64,000 nt of DNA from the NCBI GenBank assembly GCA_032249235.1, contig JAVVGF010000001.1, positions 192,001 through 256,000 of the forward strand, read 5' to 3'. Each line of letters begins with the position of its first letter. Position 1 is the stretch's first letter. Positions 30,946-39,032 of the stretch are shown piece after piece. The position numbers were made by a program, and so were the translations under genes. The notes under the pieces are model-generated. The model made no database searches. It was given only the letters and a program-made list of their open reading frames with translations, and had not been told where the DNA came from. Source of the DNA: Thermoproteota archaeon (GTDB lineage Archaea; Thermoproteota; Thermoprotei; Gearchaeales; Gearchaeaceae).

Positions 30946-31961
30946 AAATAGGTATAAAATATCTTTTTGAAAAGAAACCTTCAATAAAAGTAGTTATATT
31001 TGCAGGAAAAGGAGGATTAGGTAAAACTACATGCAGTGCAGCTTTATCTTATCAAATCGCATTCAATTTGAAGAAAAAAGTTCTCTGCTTCTCAACCGAT
31101 CCTCAAGCTTCATTAAGTGATATTTTTGAAAGAGATTTGTTTGGTAAAGGAGAAATATCTTTGGCTGAAAATTTATTTGTTCTTGAAATAGATGCTGATA
31201 AAAGGATTAAGGATTACGTTGAAGAAACGAGAAAGAAAATAAAAGAAATGTACAAAATTGATGAAATACCTAAAGAAGTTGAGGATTATATTGAATCTGC
31301 AGCTGCAGAACCTGCGATGTATGAATCAGCAGTATATGATGCTATGCTAGAAGTTGTCACACAAGCTAAATATGATTATTACATATTTGATATGCCTCCT
31401 TTTGGTCATGGAATTAGGATGGTCGCGATGGCTGATCTATTGAGCAAATGGGTTGATAAGATAACAGAAGCTAGGAGACAAGCATTTGAATATGAGGCAG
31501 CGGCTGCAGCAATGAAAAGACAAAAAATTACAGAAAGAGAAGACATGATGTTAAAGGAGCTTGAAGACATAAGAAATAGAATTGTCAGTTTTAGAAATTT
31601 AGTTATTGATCCAAATGGGACAGCTTTCATTATGGTATTGATTCCAGAGAAAATGGCTATTCTTGATACAGAAAGAGCAATAAAAATGTTTGAGAATCTT
31701 GATCTGCGTGTTGGAGGTATAGTAGTTAATCAAGTCTATCCTCCTTGGATCATGGATGACCCTAAAGCTTCTGAATACTTGAAAAGAAAAGTAGCTTCCC
31801 AAAAGCCCTTGTTAAAAGAAATTGCTGACAAATTTGGAGATATGATAGTTGGCTTAATTCCAATGTATAATAAAGAACCAAAAGGTTTAGAAATGTTGAG
31901 CAAAGTAGCACAAGAACTTTGGGAATCAAGTTTTACGATTGAAAATCTAATAGGAAAATGA
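30942..31961 (+). CDS. ArsA/Get3(TRC40) family ATPase, copy 1
   Basis: GKGGLGKT P-loop, STDPQAS, LEIDA, DMPPFGH, PEKMAILDTER, VVNQV. Confidence 0.9.
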   Translation: MKIGIKYLFEKKPSIKVVIFAGKGGLGKTTCSAALSYQIAFNLKKKVLCFSTDPQASLSDIFERDLFGKGEISLAENLFVLEIDADKRIKDYVEETRKKIKEMYKIDEIPKEVEDYIESAAAEPAMYESAVYDAMLEVVTQAKYDYYIFDMPPFGHGIRMVAMADLLSKWVDKITEARRQAFEYEAAAAAMKRQKITEREDMMLKELEDIRNRIVSFRNLVIDPNGTAFIMVLIPEKMAILDTERAIKMFENLDLRVGGIVVNQVYPPWIMDDPKASEYLKRKVASQKPLLKEIADKFGDMIVGLIPMYNKEPKGLEMLSKVAQELWESSFTIENLIGK

Positions 31962-32935
31962 GCATAGAAGAGAAGCTAAAATCTAAGTATATATTTGTTG
32001 GCGGAAAAGGCGGTGTTGGCAAAACAGTAATAGCTTCTGCTATTGCTTTAAGATTTGCTGAACAAAACAAGAAAACTTTGATAGCTAGCTTTAATCCAGT
32101 TCATTCTTTATCAACAGTTTTCCAGCAAGATTTGAGCGGAGGAAAAATAAAGCAGATTAATGGAATAAATAACTTATATGCTCTTGAAGTAGAGATCGAT
32201 GATGCAGTTGAGAAATACAAAGAGCAAATATCAAATCTTTTAAGAGAATTTTTGAAATGGGCAGAAATACCTGTTGATCCTAAACCTTTCATAGATATAG
32301 CAACGACGAATCCAGCTTTCCAAGAAGCTGCTAGCTTTGATAAAATGATGGATATCATATTACTTGAAGGAGAAAACTATGACAAAATAGTTTTTGATAC
32401 TGCAGCTGTTGCAAATGCAATTAGATTGATAGGATTATCAAAAATATATGGCTTGTGGTTATCAAGAGTTATAAAATCGAGAGAAGAAACTCTTTCTTTA
32501 AGAAAGCAATTAAGCTGGAGGAAGGATAAAGTAGAAGAAGAAATAAAAAAAGATCCTGTATTGCTTAATCTACTAAATCTATATAACAAATACAACAAAG
32601 TAAGAACAATTATAACTGATGCCTCTAAGACAAGTTTTGTATTCGTTACAATCCCTACTGTATTGTCAATATCTGTAGTTAAAAGATTTATGGAAATGGT
32701 GAAATCTTATGAAATTCCTTCAAGCGGAGTCATAGTTAATATGCTAATCCCTGAAGAGGAAGTAAATAAAGATCAAACAGGCTTTTTAAAATCGAAGCTA
32801 GATGAACAAAAAATTAATTTAGAGTTAATTAGCAAATACTTTAAGGATCAAATTTTAGGTTATATCCATCTGCGACCAAACGATGTTATAGGCTTGAATG
32901 ATTTGAGGGAAGTAGTTAATGAACTCGAGAAATAA
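31958..32935 (+). CDS. ArsA/Get3(TRC40) family ATPase, copy 2 (catalytic Asp replaced by Asn)
   Basis: GGKGGVGKT, SFNPVHS (vs STDPAHS), DTAAVAN (vs DTAPTGH), IVNML. Confidence 0.88.
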   Translation: MSIEEKLKSKYIFVGGKGGVGKTVIASAIALRFAEQNKKTLIASFNPVHSLSTVFQQDLSGGKIKQINGINNLYALEVEIDDAVEKYKEQISNLLREFLKWAEIPVDPKPFIDIATTNPAFQEAASFDKMMDIILLEGENYDKIVFDTAAVANAIRLIGLSKIYGLWLSRVIKSREETLSLRKQLSWRKDKVEEEIKKDPVLLNLLNLYNKYNKVRTIITDASKTSFVFVTIPTVLSISVVKRFMEMVKSYEIPSSGVIVNMLIPEEEVNKDQTGFLKSKLDEQKINLELISKYFKDQILGYIHLRPNDVIGLNDLREVVNELEK

Positions 32936-33209
32936 ATTTAAGAAAAAGATTAAGTCTTTAATACCTGACACACAAGCAATAAAAGATTTCCTTTTCGGAT
33001 TAACTACCTTTGAAATGTATAGAGAAACAATAAAAATTGCAAAAGCATATGAAAATTTAATTTATATGTTAATGATAGGTGAATTTTTAGGTATACCTTT
33101 CTTCTCAAATTATTACACATTAAGATTATTGCCATATTTATTAAATGGATTATATGATTTTCGTAAGAATGTAGTAAGAGAAAGAGATATATTTGAAGAA
33201 ATTGCATAA
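32919..33209 (+). CDS. Small CstA/ArsA-associated protein (cory-CC-star-like), copy 2
   Basis: YMLMIGEFLGIP...YYTLRLLPY...RERD, paralogous to 30676-30945. Confidence 0.65.
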   Translation: MNSRNKFKKKIKSLIPDTQAIKDFLFGLTTFEMYRETIKIAKAYENLIYMLMIGEFLGIPFFSNYYTLRLLPYLLNGLYDFRKNVVRERDIFEEIA

Positions 33210-33210
33210 T

Positions 33211-33720
33211 ATGACTTACATTGAAGAACCTCTTAAAGTAGCATTAGCAGTAGGTAATGCATTGATAGGAGTCTATAATTTCATCGTCATTTCAATACCC
33301 CAAAGTTGGAGAATAATAAACATGCCCATGTCATCAGACGTGTTCTCTTCGATTTCACAAGGTAATGTAAAGTGGGTAAGAGATGGAGAAGTCGAGCATT
33401 TCATCAACGCTCCACTAGGGAGGATTGCATTGAGAATAAAAATATGGCCTGGTATGAAATCTGTCGATAAAATAAAGGATTACAGAAAACAATTCAGTGA
33501 AGGTAATGTAAAAATAGGAGGTCATGATGGTATTTTCTATAAGTTTAAAAGAAAATATTTGCTGATAGGGGAAAGAAACGTATTAGCTATTTTAGCTTAT
33601 TGTCCTATTACTCAAAGAACTTTGCAAATAGAATTTATAGGAGGAGAGGAATGGGTTGATGAGGTGCTGAATACATTGAACGAAAGTCAATGCCATATAA
33701 ATGAAGGAAGTAAAAATTGA
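33211..33720 (+). CDS. Hypothetical protein of cstA operon
   Basis: ATG 1 nt after upstream stop; YCPITQRT and QCH Cys/His motifs. Confidence 0.65.
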   Translation: MTYIEEPLKVALAVGNALIGVYNFIVISIPQSWRIINMPMSSDVFSSISQGNVKWVRDGEVEHFINAPLGRIALRIKIWPGMKSVDKIKDYRKQFSEGNVKIGGHDGIFYKFKRKYLLIGERNVLAILAYCPITQRTLQIEFIGGEEWVDEVLNTLNESQCHINEGSKN

Positions 33721-34087
33721 AATAATAACATTAGATCCGATAATGTTAGGTCATTGTGAACATTGCGAGATAGTTTGGCAGACCTTTAGATTTGATCATA
33801 AAAAGATTCAACTTCAAGAATATCCTATTGAGATACTCGAGTTATCGAGCAGAATTACTCAATTCATCAATATAATTACAAAAGAAATACCTGCAAAAGT
33901 TTTCATCATAGAAGCTATGACATTGAGAGGTTTATTTAAAATGATAAGATATGGTAGCGGAAAGTTGCCCTTGATAATAGTGAATGGTAGAAAGATTTCT
34001 CAGGGGAAATTAGAAGATCCTTATGAATTAGCTGAGAAGACGCTTAAAATTATAAAAGATGCTGGAATCGTTGAAGCTAAGCTCTAA
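33701..34087 (+). CDS. Thioredoxin/glutaredoxin-like fold protein
   Basis: HCEHC CxxC near N-terminus; LPLIIVNG cis-Pro strand. Confidence 0.6.
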   Translation: MKEVKIEIITLDPIMLGHCEHCEIVWQTFRFDHKKIQLQEYPIEILELSSRITQFINIITKEIPAKVFIIEAMTLRGLFKMIRYGSGKLPLIIVNGRKISQGKLEDPYELAEKTLKIIKDAGIVEAKL

Positions 34088-34421
34088 TTAATTTCCAACC
34101 TTTTTCAATACAAATTTTTTCTATAAAATTAACGCATTCACGTAACAAAGCTTTTTCTCTGCCAAAAATATCCAATCTAGCTATGCCTGTTCTACCCCCA
34201 ACAACGGTTATAATTAAATTGCATTTATTCTCGCTAAGAAAATCTACAATAATTGAGCATGCCATGTCCGAATTTTGCAAAAAAGAATATTTTTCAAATA
34301 TCAAAACAAAAACATCACCTTTTTCGCTAACGTAATTAAAAGAATAAGGAAATTCTTTTCTAAATATATCGATAATACTTTTTATTTCAAATCCTTCAAT
34401 TATAAAGTTTAAGGTTCTCAC
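34077..34421 (-). CDS. Hypothetical protein (DUF6054-like)
   Basis: FEKYS...S.I...GG..G..FG.E pattern. Confidence 0.5.
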   Translation of the reverse strand: MRTLNFIIEGFEIKSIIDIFRKEFPYSFNYVSEKGDVFVLIFEKYSFLQNSDMACSIIVDFLSENKCNLIITVVGGRTGIARLDIFGREKALLRECVNFIEKICIEKGWKLIRA

Positions 34422-34452
34422 TATAATATAATAATAAAAAATTTAAAAAATT

Positions 34453-34896
34453 CTATACTGGCTGATTAATTTTAATCGCTTTCGTTGGACAAGCAATCTC
34501 ACATGCTAAACAGAATATGCAGTTGCTCTCTCTTATAGGAAAGGCTTTATCAGTTCTATATTTATCCCATAATTCTTTATCTTCAGGCTTATTAGGATCG
34601 ATAATCCTATCGTTACCTGTTCCTGCTTTTCCAGGATTCAAAAACCACTCAAAAACATTTACAGGACAAACATCCATGCATACGCCGTCTGCAATACAAG
34701 CTTCAAAATCTACCATGACAATAGTTCCATAAATACCTAATTGGGTTGGATATGGCTTTCCTTCTGCATCATATCTTTGAATGCCTCCTGCCCTTATTTT
34801 TATTCCCATGTATTCACCAGTAATTGGATACTCATCAGGTTTATTCAATACTTCAGGATCGATTGGTTTAGGCTTATAATCAACAGGTCTAGTCAT
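34453..34896 (-). CDS. zfx: Dicluster [3Fe-4S]/[4Fe-4S] ferredoxin, Zfx family (Thermoplasma-type long form)
   Basis: CIADGVCMDVCP and CIFCLACEIACP; N-terminal extension KPKPID...YP.TG...LGI.GT.V.VD. Confidence 0.85.
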   Translation of the reverse strand: MTRPVDYKPKPIDPEVLNKPDEYPITGEYMGIKIRAGGIQRYDAEGKPYPTQLGIYGTIVMVDFEACIADGVCMDVCPVNVFEWFLNPGKAGTGNDRIIDPNKPEDKELWDKYRTDKAFPIRESNCIFCLACEIACPTKAIKINQPV

Positions 34897-35021
34897 TGAG
34901 CAAATTTGAAAATTCCTTAATATAAATATTCACCGAAAATATTCGGCAAGACATTTTAGGGAAACTGCAGAAGCTAAAATAAACTAAGGTTTACCTTTTT
35001 ATAAAAGTTTATCGAATCTTT

Positions 35022-36122
35022 CTAATCGATTACCGGATCGGGCCAATAATCATCTAGAACCTTAACTTCTCCATTTTCATCTATCGCAACATTACTTTCC
35101 AATCTAACTCCAAACTTGTTAGGCAAGTAAATTCCTGGCTCAATAGTAAAGACCATTCCTCTTTGAAGTCGCTTGCGATATGCTTGTGAAATATATGGCT
35201 CTTCATGAACTTCTAGCCCTAAGCCATGACCTGTCCTATGAACAAAGAAGTTTCCATAACCTTTAGCAACGATCGTCGATCTTGCAATATAATCAATGTT
35301 ATTTGCAAATTCTCCTTCTTTAATAGCTTGTATAGCTTTATCATGAGCTTCCTTGACTATATTATAAATTTCAATGAATTCATCGCCTGCAATTTTAAAG
35401 GCATAGGTCCTAGTTAGATCGCCGAAATAACCATTATAAGTTGCAGAAATGTCTATAACAATAACATCTCCTTTTCTAATTCTCCTATCAGAATGAGTCC
35501 AATGAGGTATTGCAGAATGTTCTCCTGCTTGAACTAAAATATCTCTAGGTATAGCATTATTTCTCAATAATTCGCTGGATATTATTGAAGCAATCTCATT
35601 TTCACTCAAATTTTCTATCATTTCTTCCTCGCATTTTTTATATGCTTTTTCAATTGCTTTAACAGCTTCTTTAATATTCTCGATTTCTTCTTTGTTCTTA
35701 ATCAATCTAAGCTCATGCAATATTTCATCTATCGTGATAAAGTCAAAATCATCGAAAATCCTTCTCAAGTATAAGTAGTATTTCATGGGCATTTTTTCTT
35801 CAAAAGCTACTTTTTTTACTTTTGTAATCTTAATTGATTTCAAGAAATTTAATGGATCTTCATTGTCACTATAAGCAAAATATTTGATACCCATATCTTT
35901 AACCTTCAGTTCATCCAATTTTGGAAGAATTATACCAAATTCAAAAGTTTCAGGAATCAAATAAAACATGCAAAATCTTTCATAGGTTTCTATATCAATA
36001 CCTAGAACATATCTTAAGTTGGGTCCTGGGATTAAGAAAGCGATATCTACCTCTTTGCTTTCTAATCTTTTCGCTATTTCTTCTATTCTTTTAATGTACA
36101 TAATAATAGATTCTCTAAGCAT
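35022..36122 (-). CDS. pepQ: Xaa-Pro dipeptidase/aminopeptidase (M24B)
   Basis: Creatinase N domain; PH, D.TRT, HRTGHGLGLEVHEEP, TIEPGIY, GVRLE. Confidence 0.88.
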   Translation of the reverse strand: MLRESIIMYIKRIEEIAKRLESKEVDIAFLIPGPNLRYVLGIDIETYERFCMFYLIPETFEFGIILPKLDELKVKDMGIKYFAYSDNEDPLNFLKSIKITKVKKVAFEEKMPMKYYLYLRRIFDDFDFITIDEILHELRLIKNKEEIENIKEAVKAIEKAYKKCEEEMIENLSENEIASIISSELLRNNAIPRDILVQAGEHSAIPHWTHSDRRIRKGDVIVIDISATYNGYFGDLTRTYAFKIAGDEFIEIYNIVKEAHDKAIQAIKEGEFANNIDYIARSTIVAKGYGNFFVHRTGHGLGLEVHEEPYISQAYRKRLQRGMVFTIEPGIYLPNKFGVRLESNVAIDENGEVKVLDDYWPDPVID

Positions 36123-36263
36123 TTATGAAAATTTTCTTTTTTTAATACGAATAACAAATTTCAAGAAGATGAAAAGTCATAAAATAATTTACTTAAATTC
36201 ATTATAATTTTTCCAAATCATTAAAAATAAATAGATAATTTCTTTAATTTTAATGATGAAACT

Positions 36264-37367
36264 ATGAAGATTATTGTCTTAGGAGGAGCTGGCGATATGG
36301 GTAGCAATATTGTAAAATTTTTAAATGAGAGTAAAGAAATAGAAGAAGTACATATTGGAGATATAAATAAAGAAAAAGGAGAAAAATTAGCAAAAGAATT
36401 AGGAGAGAAATGCAAATATGTTAAAGTTAATGCAAGAAAGTATGATGAATTAGTAGAAACTTTAAAAAGATACGATTTAGTTGCGAGTGCACTAGGTCCT
36501 TTTTACGAATTCGGACCACTAGTAGCGAAAGCTGCTATAGATGCAAGAGTAAGCTTATTTGATATCTGTGACGATTTCGATGCTGCTGAAAAGATTTTGG
36601 AATATAATGAAGAAGCAAAAAAACAAGCTATTACAATAATTACAGGAATAGGCTGGACGCCAGGATTGAGCAATTTACTTGCAAAGTATGCTTATGAAAA
36701 ATTAGAAGGTGCTGAAAAAATAAGAATATTTTGGGTAGGATCGGCTGCAGATAGCAAAGGATTAGCTGTAATAATGCATTTGCTTTATGCTATTACAGGT
36801 GAAGTTCCTATGTTCAAAAATAAGGAAAAAGTATTTGTAGATGCTGGAAGTGGAAGGGAAGAAGTAGAATATCCTGAACCTATAAAGAAAGCATTCGCTT
36901 ATTATACAGGTCATCCTGAACCTGTTACGCTACCTAAGTTCCTTGAAGGAGTAGAAGAAGTAGAAATAAAAGGCGGGCTAATTCCTGATTGGCAAAATAA
37001 ATTAGGCAAATTCTTCGTAAAAATTCATTTAACCAATACTGCATCAAGGAGAAGGAGGCTTTCAAAATTCCTTCATAGCATAGAAGATGTTTTCAGATCG
37101 GGAGGTATTGAATGTAGTGCAGCAAGAGTTGATGTTTACAAGCAAAACGAAAAGATTACCTTAGCAGTTGCTGACAGAATGGGTAAATTGACTGCTATGC
37201 CTATTGCAGTAGCTTGCGAGCTATATGCAAGAGATAAAATAAATGAAAAAGGATGCTTTGCACCAGAAGGTATTTTGAATGCAAAAGAGGCTTTGAAGAC
37301 TATTAGTTCGAAAGGAATTAAAATTTTTGAATATAAAGAAGGATGGAAAGAATTGATATTTGATTAA
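36264..37367 (+). CDS. Saccharopine dehydrogenase-like NAD(P)-dependent oxidoreductase
   Basis: GGAGDMG, GPFY, DICDD, GIGWTPGLSN, HPEP.TLP. Confidence 0.85.
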   Translation: MKIIVLGGAGDMGSNIVKFLNESKEIEEVHIGDINKEKGEKLAKELGEKCKYVKVNARKYDELVETLKRYDLVASALGPFYEFGPLVAKAAIDARVSLFDICDDFDAAEKILEYNEEAKKQAITIITGIGWTPGLSNLLAKYAYEKLEGAEKIRIFWVGSAADSKGLAVIMHLLYAITGEVPMFKNKEKVFVDAGSGREEVEYPEPIKKAFAYYTGHPEPVTLPKFLEGVEEVEIKGGLIPDWQNKLGKFFVKIHLTNTASRRRRLSKFLHSIEDVFRSGGIECSAARVDVYKQNEKITLAVADRMGKLTAMPIAVACELYARDKINEKGCFAPEGILNAKEALKTISSKGIKIFEYKEGWKELIFD

Positions 37368-37370
37368 CGA

Positions 37371-39032
37371 ATGAAAAGATTCGCAACAATATCAATCATA
37401 ATAAGTCTTTTGTTGTTCTTTGTTATATTAGCATTCAGTTCACAGGACTACGCTTATAGCTTTGATTTACCGATGAAATTCAGTTTTAATTCGCATGAAG
37501 CTTACTTACTAGGAAAGAAATTTGCCAAGGATTTTCCCTATAAGTATTCAGGCTCTGAAGATTTAAAAAATGCAGCAAAATGGCTTGAAGAAAACTTGAA
37601 ATCATGGAATTATACTGTTGTAAGACAAGAATTTAAGGTTAGATTAGGTAATGAAGTAAATCTTATAAATATTATAGCTCTCAAGAAAGGGAAATCAGAT
37701 AAGCAAATACTAATCTTGACGAATATTGATCAAGCACCAACAGCTTACGAATCAGCTTATACTTCTGCTGCAGTAGGAACAATTTTGTCGCTTGCTCATA
37801 CTTTGGCTAATGAAACATTAAACAAAACTTTGGTCTTTGCTTTTGTAGACGGTGAAGAATGGGGCATGATAGGAGCTGCATATTTAGCTCAAAATTATCC
37901 TTTCGGAAAATTACCTGAAGTTGCACTAGTTCCTGAATATGTAGATGTCGGTAAAGCTGTTGCTATAGCCGTAGATCCTATAGGTCAATTTTCAGGATAT
38001 TCTCCGTTATGGTTAAGAGAGTTAATTAAAGCTTGCACAAAATCAATAAATTTAGAATTTTATCAACCATTTGGCTTTGAAGAATATGCTCGAAGAGCAG
38101 TGTTGATTTCATTTACAGATCAAGGTCCACTTTTAAGATACGGTATTCAAGCTGTTCAATATTCAACTGTAGGAGACAATCCTGAGCTTGGAAGACAGGT
38201 TTATCACACTACACAAGATGTTTATGAATTAGTGAATGAACAGGCAATAGATGCTTATGGAAAGGTTACTGAATGTGCTTTTAGAGCAATCGATAACATG
38301 AATGATTTTCCTCATGAATCAAGCTATTACTTACTTATTAATGATTCTAAAGTAGTCAAATTTCCATCATTAACTCTAGCACAAATAATATTGTTCTTTC
38401 CTTTATTTTTTGTCTCAGTGTATTTTGAAAGATTAAAAATTGATAAGAAAGCTATTATACTTTTTATATTAATCTTTTTATCTTTTCTTCTATCATATGC
38501 TTTTGCAAAAATTTTTCCATTTATTAATATAATGCCTTATTACGAATTGTATCCGCCGCCTCCAAGACATCCTTTGTTATACCAGCCAAACTATTTAGCC
38601 ATGGGACTTTGGTTTGTTATAACAATTGCTTTACTATATGCATTTTATTTTGTTTATCTTAGATTTAAAATTGAAAAAGATAAAATGATAACTACAGCTC
38701 ATGTTTTGCTCTCTATCATTTCAATTATTTATTTAATATACAATCCCTTCGGAGCTACTTTATTACTATTACCTGCAGCTTATCTTTGGTTATTCATATC
38801 TCCAAAAAAGAGCCATAGAATTTTTAATTTACTCCTCATAATTTTTGCTGGAATAATGATTTATCTCTTAATTTATGTTTACTCTCAGAGAATATATCTA
38901 GATTTATGGTCAATGTTATGGTATCTTTTCATGGGTGTTGTATATAATCTCTTTACTTTACCAAGTCTTCTTATTTATATGTCTACGCTGAGCGTTGCGA
39001 TTATGTTAACATACCTATCAATTAAAAGATGA
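37371..39032 (+). CDS. M28-like peptidase domain fused to C-terminal multi-TM domain (degenerate metal site)
   Basis: NIIA.KKG, DGEEWGMIGA, TD..P, YHTTQD; HxD replaced by NID and GAxDN by SAYTS. Confidence 0.75.
   Translation: MKRFATISIIISLLLFFVILAFSSQDYAYSFDLPMKFSFNSHEAYLLGKKFAKDFPYKYSGSEDLKNAAKWLEENLKSWNYTVVRQEFKVRLGNEVNLINIIALKKGKSDKQILILTNIDQAPTAYESAYTSAAVGTILSLAHTLANETLNKTLVFAFVDGEEWGMIGAAYLAQNYPFGKLPEVALVPEYVDVGKAVAIAVDPIGQFSGYSPLWLRELIKACTKSINLEFYQPFGFEEYARRAVLISFTDQGPLLRYGIQAVQYSTVGDNPELGRQVYHTTQDVYELVNEQAIDAYGKVTECAFRAIDNMNDFPHESSYYLLINDSKVVKFPSLTLAQIILFFPLFFVSVYFERLKIDKKAIILFILIFLSFLLSYAFAKIFPFINIMPYYELYPPPPRHPLLYQPNYLAMGLWFVITIALLYAFYFVYLRFKIEKDKMITTAHVLLSIISIIYLIYNPFGATLLLLPAAYLWLFISPKKSHRIFNLLLIIFAGIMIYLLIYVYSQRIYLDLWSMLWYLFMGVVYNLFTLPSLLIYMSTLSVAIMLTYLSIKR

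Noticed and set aside
30934-30951. GGA-TGA-AAA-TAG at the end of small protein 1 as possible selenocysteine readthrough
   Set aside because: The TGA is simply part of the ATGA overlap with the ATPase start; the paralog ends in TAA and no Sec context is visible
30942-32935. Arsenic resistance operon
   Set aside because: No arsB, acr3, arsC, arsD or arsR, and metalloid-binding cysteines are absent
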